From: a virus
Lineage: Duplodnaviria; Caudoviricetes
Length of the DNA: 26,649 nucleotides
Strand: one strand, 5' to 3'
IMG/VR virus record: IMGVR_UViG_3300049782_000019
Span: 1 to 26,649 of that record
The notes beneath the pieces are model-generated. The model did no database searches, was not told the origin of the DNA, and saw nothing but the letters and a program-made list of their open reading frames with translations. A program made the position numbers and the translations under genes. This document shows positions 23,125 through 26,649 of the stretch, one piece after another (position 1 is the first letter of the stretch; the number at the start of each line of letters is the position of its first letter).

Positions 23125-24216
23125 GTGTATCCCGTCTCGGACCGCTTCCTCGCCCAGCTTGCCGAGCCGCACCGTGTGGCCACCCGCGTCGAGCTGTTCC
23201 TGACCGACGGCCGCGTCCTCAAGCTGGATCACATCGGCGGATCGGTGCCGGTAGACCGCGGGCAGGCCATCCGCCGCACCTGCACCGTCACCATCGCCGA
23301 TCCGACGCTGATCCCGCGGACACCGGCCGACCAGCTCGCCACCTACGGCGCGCGACTGCGGATCTCCCGCGGCGTCGAGTACGGCGACGGCACGCAAGAG
23401 CTGGTGCCGCTCGGTGCGTTCCGGCTGGACTCTGTCGACGGCGACGTCTCAGAAGGGCCCGTCACCCTGCAAGGTAAGGGCCTTGAGGTGGTCGTCGCCG
23501 ACGACAAGTTCACCTCCCCGTACACGGCGACCGGGACGGTCGTCGGCGCGGTCACCGCACTCATCCAGCGCAGCATCCCCGACGCCACCGTCCTCAGCCA
23601 GATCACCGACCAGCCCATCGGGAAACGCACGTTCGACGTCGAGGCGGACCCGTGGGCGGGCTGCCAGGAGATCGCCGCTGCCGCGGGCGCGGAGGTGTAC
23701 GCCAACGCGGACGGCGCCTTCGTAATCGCCACCCTGCCCGACCTGCTCACCGCCACCCCAGTGTGGGCGGTGGAGGCCACCGAGGGCGGTGTCTACATCT
23801 CCGGCAACCGGGCCATGTCCAGCGACGGCGTCTACAACGGGGTCCTGGCCCGCGGAGAGAACACCTCGGAGAACGCGCCACCGGTCTCCGCTCTGGCCGT
23901 CGACAACGACCCGACTAGCCCGACGTACTGGGGTGGCCCTTTCGGTCGCCGGCCCATGTTCTACAGCTCATCGACGCTGACAACGGTCAACGCCTGCGCG
24001 CAGGCCGCCAACCTCAAGCTGGCCGCCGCGCGGGCCCCGAACGCGTCCGGCGACATCAGCTCCCTGCCCAACCCGGCGCTCGAACCCGGGGACGTGCTGC
24101 GGGTGATGCACGAGGACGGCACCCGCGAACTCCACCAGGTGGCCAGCTTCAGCGTGCCGCTGGACCAGGGCGGCAGCTTCCCGATCTCGACGATCAGCGC
24201 CAAGGAGGACGCGTGA
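23125..24216 (+). CDS. Minor tail protein (baseplate hub/Tal-like, DUF5047-type, 363 aa)
   Basis: GTG start MYPVSDRF; GGSV.VD....IRRTC, LVPLG.FR, VYNGV...GE, PNPALEPGDV. Confidence 0.78.
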   Translation: MYPVSDRFLAQLAEPHRVATRVELFLTDGRVLKLDHIGGSVPVDRGQAIRRTCTVTIADPTLIPRTPADQLATYGARLRISRGVEYGDGTQELVPLGAFRLDSVDGDVSEGPVTLQGKGLEVVVADDKFTSPYTATGTVVGAVTALIQRSIPDATVLSQITDQPIGKRTFDVEADPWAGCQEIAAAAGAEVYANADGAFVIATLPDLLTATPVWAVEATEGGVYISGNRAMSSDGVYNGVLARGENTSENAPPVSALAVDNDPTSPTYWGGPFGRRPMFYSSSTLTTVNACAQAANLKLAAARAPNASGDISSLPNPALEPGDVLRVMHEDGTRELHQVASFSVPLDQGGSFPISTISAKEDA

Positions 24217-24809
24217 AGTCCTCGCATGCCAGCAACCGCGACTTGGCGTGGGCCCTCCAGCAGCAAGCCCGGCGCGCGGGAGAGCGGGCCCCGTCCGTGC
24301 GCGGCTCCGACTGGCGGCTCGCCACCGTCACCGCCGTCAACGCAGACGGCACCATCGACGCCGACGGCATCGAGGACATCCGCTGCATCGAGACCTACAG
24401 CCTCCCCGCGGTCGGCGACGTCGTCGTCCTCGACCAGAACAGCATGGGCAACTGGCTCTGTCGGGGCCGCACCGCCACGACCAGCGACTGGACCACACTC
24501 ACCCTGGCCGCCGGCTACCAGAATCCCGGCCACGGCTGGACCGCCAGCTACCTGCGCCAAGGCCGCCGGGTCTGGCTGCGCGGTCGCATCGGACCCGCGT
24601 CCGGGACGATCGCCGACGGCGCCACCCTGGCCACTCTGCCCACCGCGATTCGCCCCAGCGCCTCAGCGGCGTGGGCCGTCACCCGCGACGCCACCGTCGT
24701 CCCCGCGGTAGTGCGCCTGGAGATCAACACCTCTGGGGTGGTCCGCACTTTCCAGTCCAGCAACTTTCCGTCGTGGGTGGCCCTCGACGGGATCAGCTAC
24801 ACGATCTAG
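24213..24809 (+). CDS. Minor tail protein (spike/tip)
   Basis: GTGA overlap; OB-fold-like ATVTAV...Y..PAVGDVV N-terminus, C-terminal beta domain with ATLPTAIRP. Confidence 0.75.
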   Translation: MKSSHASNRDLAWALQQQARRAGERAPSVRGSDWRLATVTAVNADGTIDADGIEDIRCIETYSLPAVGDVVVLDQNSMGNWLCRGRTATTSDWTTLTLAAGYQNPGHGWTASYLRQGRRVWLRGRIGPASGTIADGATLATLPTAIRPSASAAWAVTRDATVVPAVVRLEINTSGVVRTFQSSNFPSWVALDGISYTI

Positions 24810-24818
24810 GAGGCCCTG

Positions 24819-25430
24819 GTGCCGGGTACCGACGACTACGGGCAGGGCATCAGCATCGCCTCGCTCACCGACGCCCCCGACGCGCAGAAGCTCGCCGACG
24901 AACTGGCGAACGCTCTGGCTCAGCGCGGTGTCCTGCGCTTCGCATCCGCGTCCGCGCGCGGCGCTACCCTCGCCTCGCCGGTCGAGGGCATGCTGACGTG
25001 GCTGCAGGACATCAACCGGCTCGACCTGTGGGACGGCACCGCCTGGACCGCGGTGTCGGTCGGCCAGTCCACCTGGAAGACGATCACTCCCGAGTCACCG
25101 TGGACGCAGAACGGCAACAGCAACGGCACCTTCCAGTACCGGATCCTCAATATCAGCGGCGAGGAGAGTCTGCAGTTCCGCGGCGCGCTGGGCCGGTCCT
25201 CGTATCCGTCGTCGCCGTCGTCGAGCTACGTCGTCAACAACACCGCCCTCCCGTCGAGCGCGAGACCGTCGACGCTGCGCACCGTCCTCATCCCCTGCTC
25301 CGACATCAACTCGGACCGCATCGCCCTCAAGCTGGACATCAAGACGGACGGCTACCTCGAGGTCCACGGCTTCGGCAGCAGCGTCAAGCCGCCGTGGATC
25401 GGCTTCAACGGCGTCACCGTCAGCCTCTAA
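24819..25430 (+). CDS. Minor tail / receptor-binding protein
   Basis: AGGAGG RBS; RFASASAR....PVEGM..W.......WDGTAW motif, then a beta head domain with LPSSARP. Confidence 0.75.
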   Translation: MPGTDDYGQGISIASLTDAPDAQKLADELANALAQRGVLRFASASARGATLASPVEGMLTWLQDINRLDLWDGTAWTAVSVGQSTWKTITPESPWTQNGNSNGTFQYRILNISGEESLQFRGALGRSSYPSSPSSSYVVNNTALPSSARPSTLRTVLIPCSDINSDRIALKLDIKTDGYLEVHGFGSSVKPPWIGFNGVTVSL

Positions 25431-25441
25431 CCCGCCCGCCC

Positions 25442-25457
25442 GCGCCCCGCCGGGCGC
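25442..25457 (+). other. Small hairpin between the tail and lysis modules
   Basis: GCGCCC-CGCC-GGGCGC; no U tract. Confidence 0.3.
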
Positions 25458-25484
25458 ATCACCACGCTCAGAAAGGGGGCCGCC

Positions 25485-26261
25485 TTGAAGCTGGTTCCTC
25501 GATCCCAGTGGGGCGCCCGCCCGTACCGCACACCCAACGGGGCCACCCCGTACAGCCGTCCCCGCCGCGGCGTGAAGCTCCACTACCTCGGCACCGCCTA
25601 CTCGGACCGGCCGCACGACAAGTGCGACGACTACGTCCGCCAGATCCAGGCCCAGCACATGGACGGCAACGGCTGGAGCGACATCGGCTACTCGTTCGTG
25701 GTCTGCACCCACGGCTACGTGTACGAGGGCCGCGGGCTGAAGCGCCGCAACAGCGCCAACGGCAACACCACCCTGAACGAGCAGGACTACGCGGTGCTGC
25801 TGATGGTCGGCTCGTCCGGGCTGACCAAGCCCACCGACGCACAGCTGCACGGCGCCCGCGACGCCATCGACTACTGCCGCCGCGAGGGCCCGGCCGGCAC
25901 GTGGCTCGGCGGGCACCGCGACGGCTACGCCACCGCCTGCCCCGGCGACACCGTCTACGCCTGGGCCAAGGCCGGGGCACCCCGCCCGACGGCTCCGGCA
26001 CCGGCGAAGCCGGCCACACCCCCGACCGCGGAGACCAGCATGAACCTGCAGAGCACGGTCCTCCTCGGCGACTGGGTCCCCCAGACCTGGCCCGACGACA
26101 AGGGCCTCGCCGACAAGAAGATCAGCGTCAACACGGCGATCGGCTCCGGCTACGCGCACGCCCGCCGCGCTGCCGAAGCCACCGACGAGATCCTCCGGCA
26201 GCTCGAAGCGCTGCGTACCGAAGTCGCGCAGCTCCGCGCGGCCATCACCAAGGAGTCCTGA
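25485..26261 (+). CDS. Endolysin, N-acetylmuramoyl-L-alanine amidase (amidase_2/PGRP-like)
   Basis: TTG start after AAAGGGGG; RSQWGAR, LHY, IQ..HM..NGWSDIGYSF, YEGRG, GHRD..ATACPG; Pro/Ala linker and C-terminal coiled coil. Confidence 0.92.
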   Translation: MKLVPRSQWGARPYRTPNGATPYSRPRRGVKLHYLGTAYSDRPHDKCDDYVRQIQAQHMDGNGWSDIGYSFVVCTHGYVYEGRGLKRRNSANGNTTLNEQDYAVLLMVGSSGLTKPTDAQLHGARDAIDYCRREGPAGTWLGGHRDGYATACPGDTVYAWAKAGAPRPTAPAPAKPATPPTAETSMNLQSTVLLGDWVPQTWPDDKGLADKKISVNTAIGSGYAHARRAAEATDEILRQLEALRTEVAQLRAAITKES

Positions 26262-26264
26262 CCC

Positions 26265-26612
26265 ATGAAGCCCTTCGGTCGTGAGCCCGCGCTCATCATC
26301 GCCGCTGTCTCCGCAGGCCTCAGCCTGCTCGTCACGTTCCAGTTCGGCCTGTCCGCCGAGCAGGCCGGCGCGATCGTCGCCGTCATCAGCGCCGTGTTCG
26401 CCGCGGCAACGGCCGCCGTGACCCGGCCCATCGCGCCGTCCGCGTTCACCGGGCTCGTCGCCGCAGTCGCCGCACTCCTCGCCGCCTACGGGCTGGAGCT
26501 GTCGGCGGAGAAGGTCGGCGCCCTGAACGCGGTCGTCCTCGCCGTCCTCGGTCTCCTCACCCGGGGACAGGTCTCACCCACGAACCCGCCTGCCGGTCCG
26601 CGGGGCGTCTGA
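26265..26612 (+). CDS. Holin
   Basis: AAGGAG RBS; FGREPA start, about four hydrophobic segments, ends RGQVSP; follows the endolysin. Confidence 0.8.
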   Translation: MKPFGREPALIIAAVSAGLSLLVTFQFGLSAEQAGAIVAVISAVFAAATAAVTRPIAPSAFTGLVAAVAALLAAYGLELSAEKVGALNAVVLAVLGLLTRGQVSPTNPPAGPRGV

Positions 26613-26624
26613 TCGGAGTAGCAC

Positions 26625-26649
26625 GTGCCCGACGAGCTGAGCGTCGGCG
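26625..26649 (+). CDS. 5' end of the next gene (MPDELSVG...), truncated by the window
   Basis: GGAG at 26615-26618 and GTG at 26625; only 8 codons visible. Confidence 0.45.

Noticed and set aside
25431-25446. Further GCCCGCGCC copies (5283, 25438) as extra targets of the tail RNA loop
   Set aside because: An all-GC 9-mer is expected about twice by chance in 26 kb at roughly 70% GC.
24248-26284. 678-aa alternative + frame ORF spanning three genes
   Set aside because: Arg/Pro/His-rich off-frame translation typical of GC3-biased genes.
1-26649. tRNA/rRNA genes, introns or inteins in terL/portal/capsid, integrase/att sites, DGR repeats
   Set aside because: None recognisable by eye; the core proteins have normal lengths with no insertions, and no reverse transcriptase or recombinase is in the window.

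Overview
A high-GC actinobacterial (Streptomyces-like) siphovirus or prophage late region, with all credible genes on the + strand. From left to right: two small genes; a putative late promoter, leader and terminator; an HTH protein; an out-of-place fibre/appendage cassette (1075-3832); a SAM methyltransferase and small ORFs; a packaging HNH; a candidate cos region (~5.8 kb); a second, probably inserted zinc-finger HNH; terS, terL, portal, gp15-like head protein, scaffold and major capsid; a GT4 glycosyltransferase overlapping the capsid stop codon; head-tail connectors; major tail protein; tail assembly chaperones with a -1 frameshift; tape measure with an NlpC/P60 domain; a CBM-bearing distal tail protein; minor tail proteins; amidase endolysin and holin. 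Three signals stand out. (1) A candidate virion glycosylation system: a GT4 coupled to the capsid gene, capsid and tail tube both ending in Gly-Ser-stop (GGGTCCTGA), and a methyltransferase. (2) A multi-state RNA element between the tail tube and chaperone genes whose loop can pair with three alternative partners. (3) Repeated CUGGA-loop hairpins over the terS and scaffold ribosome-binding sites. All product calls come from motifs and gene order; no database search was run.
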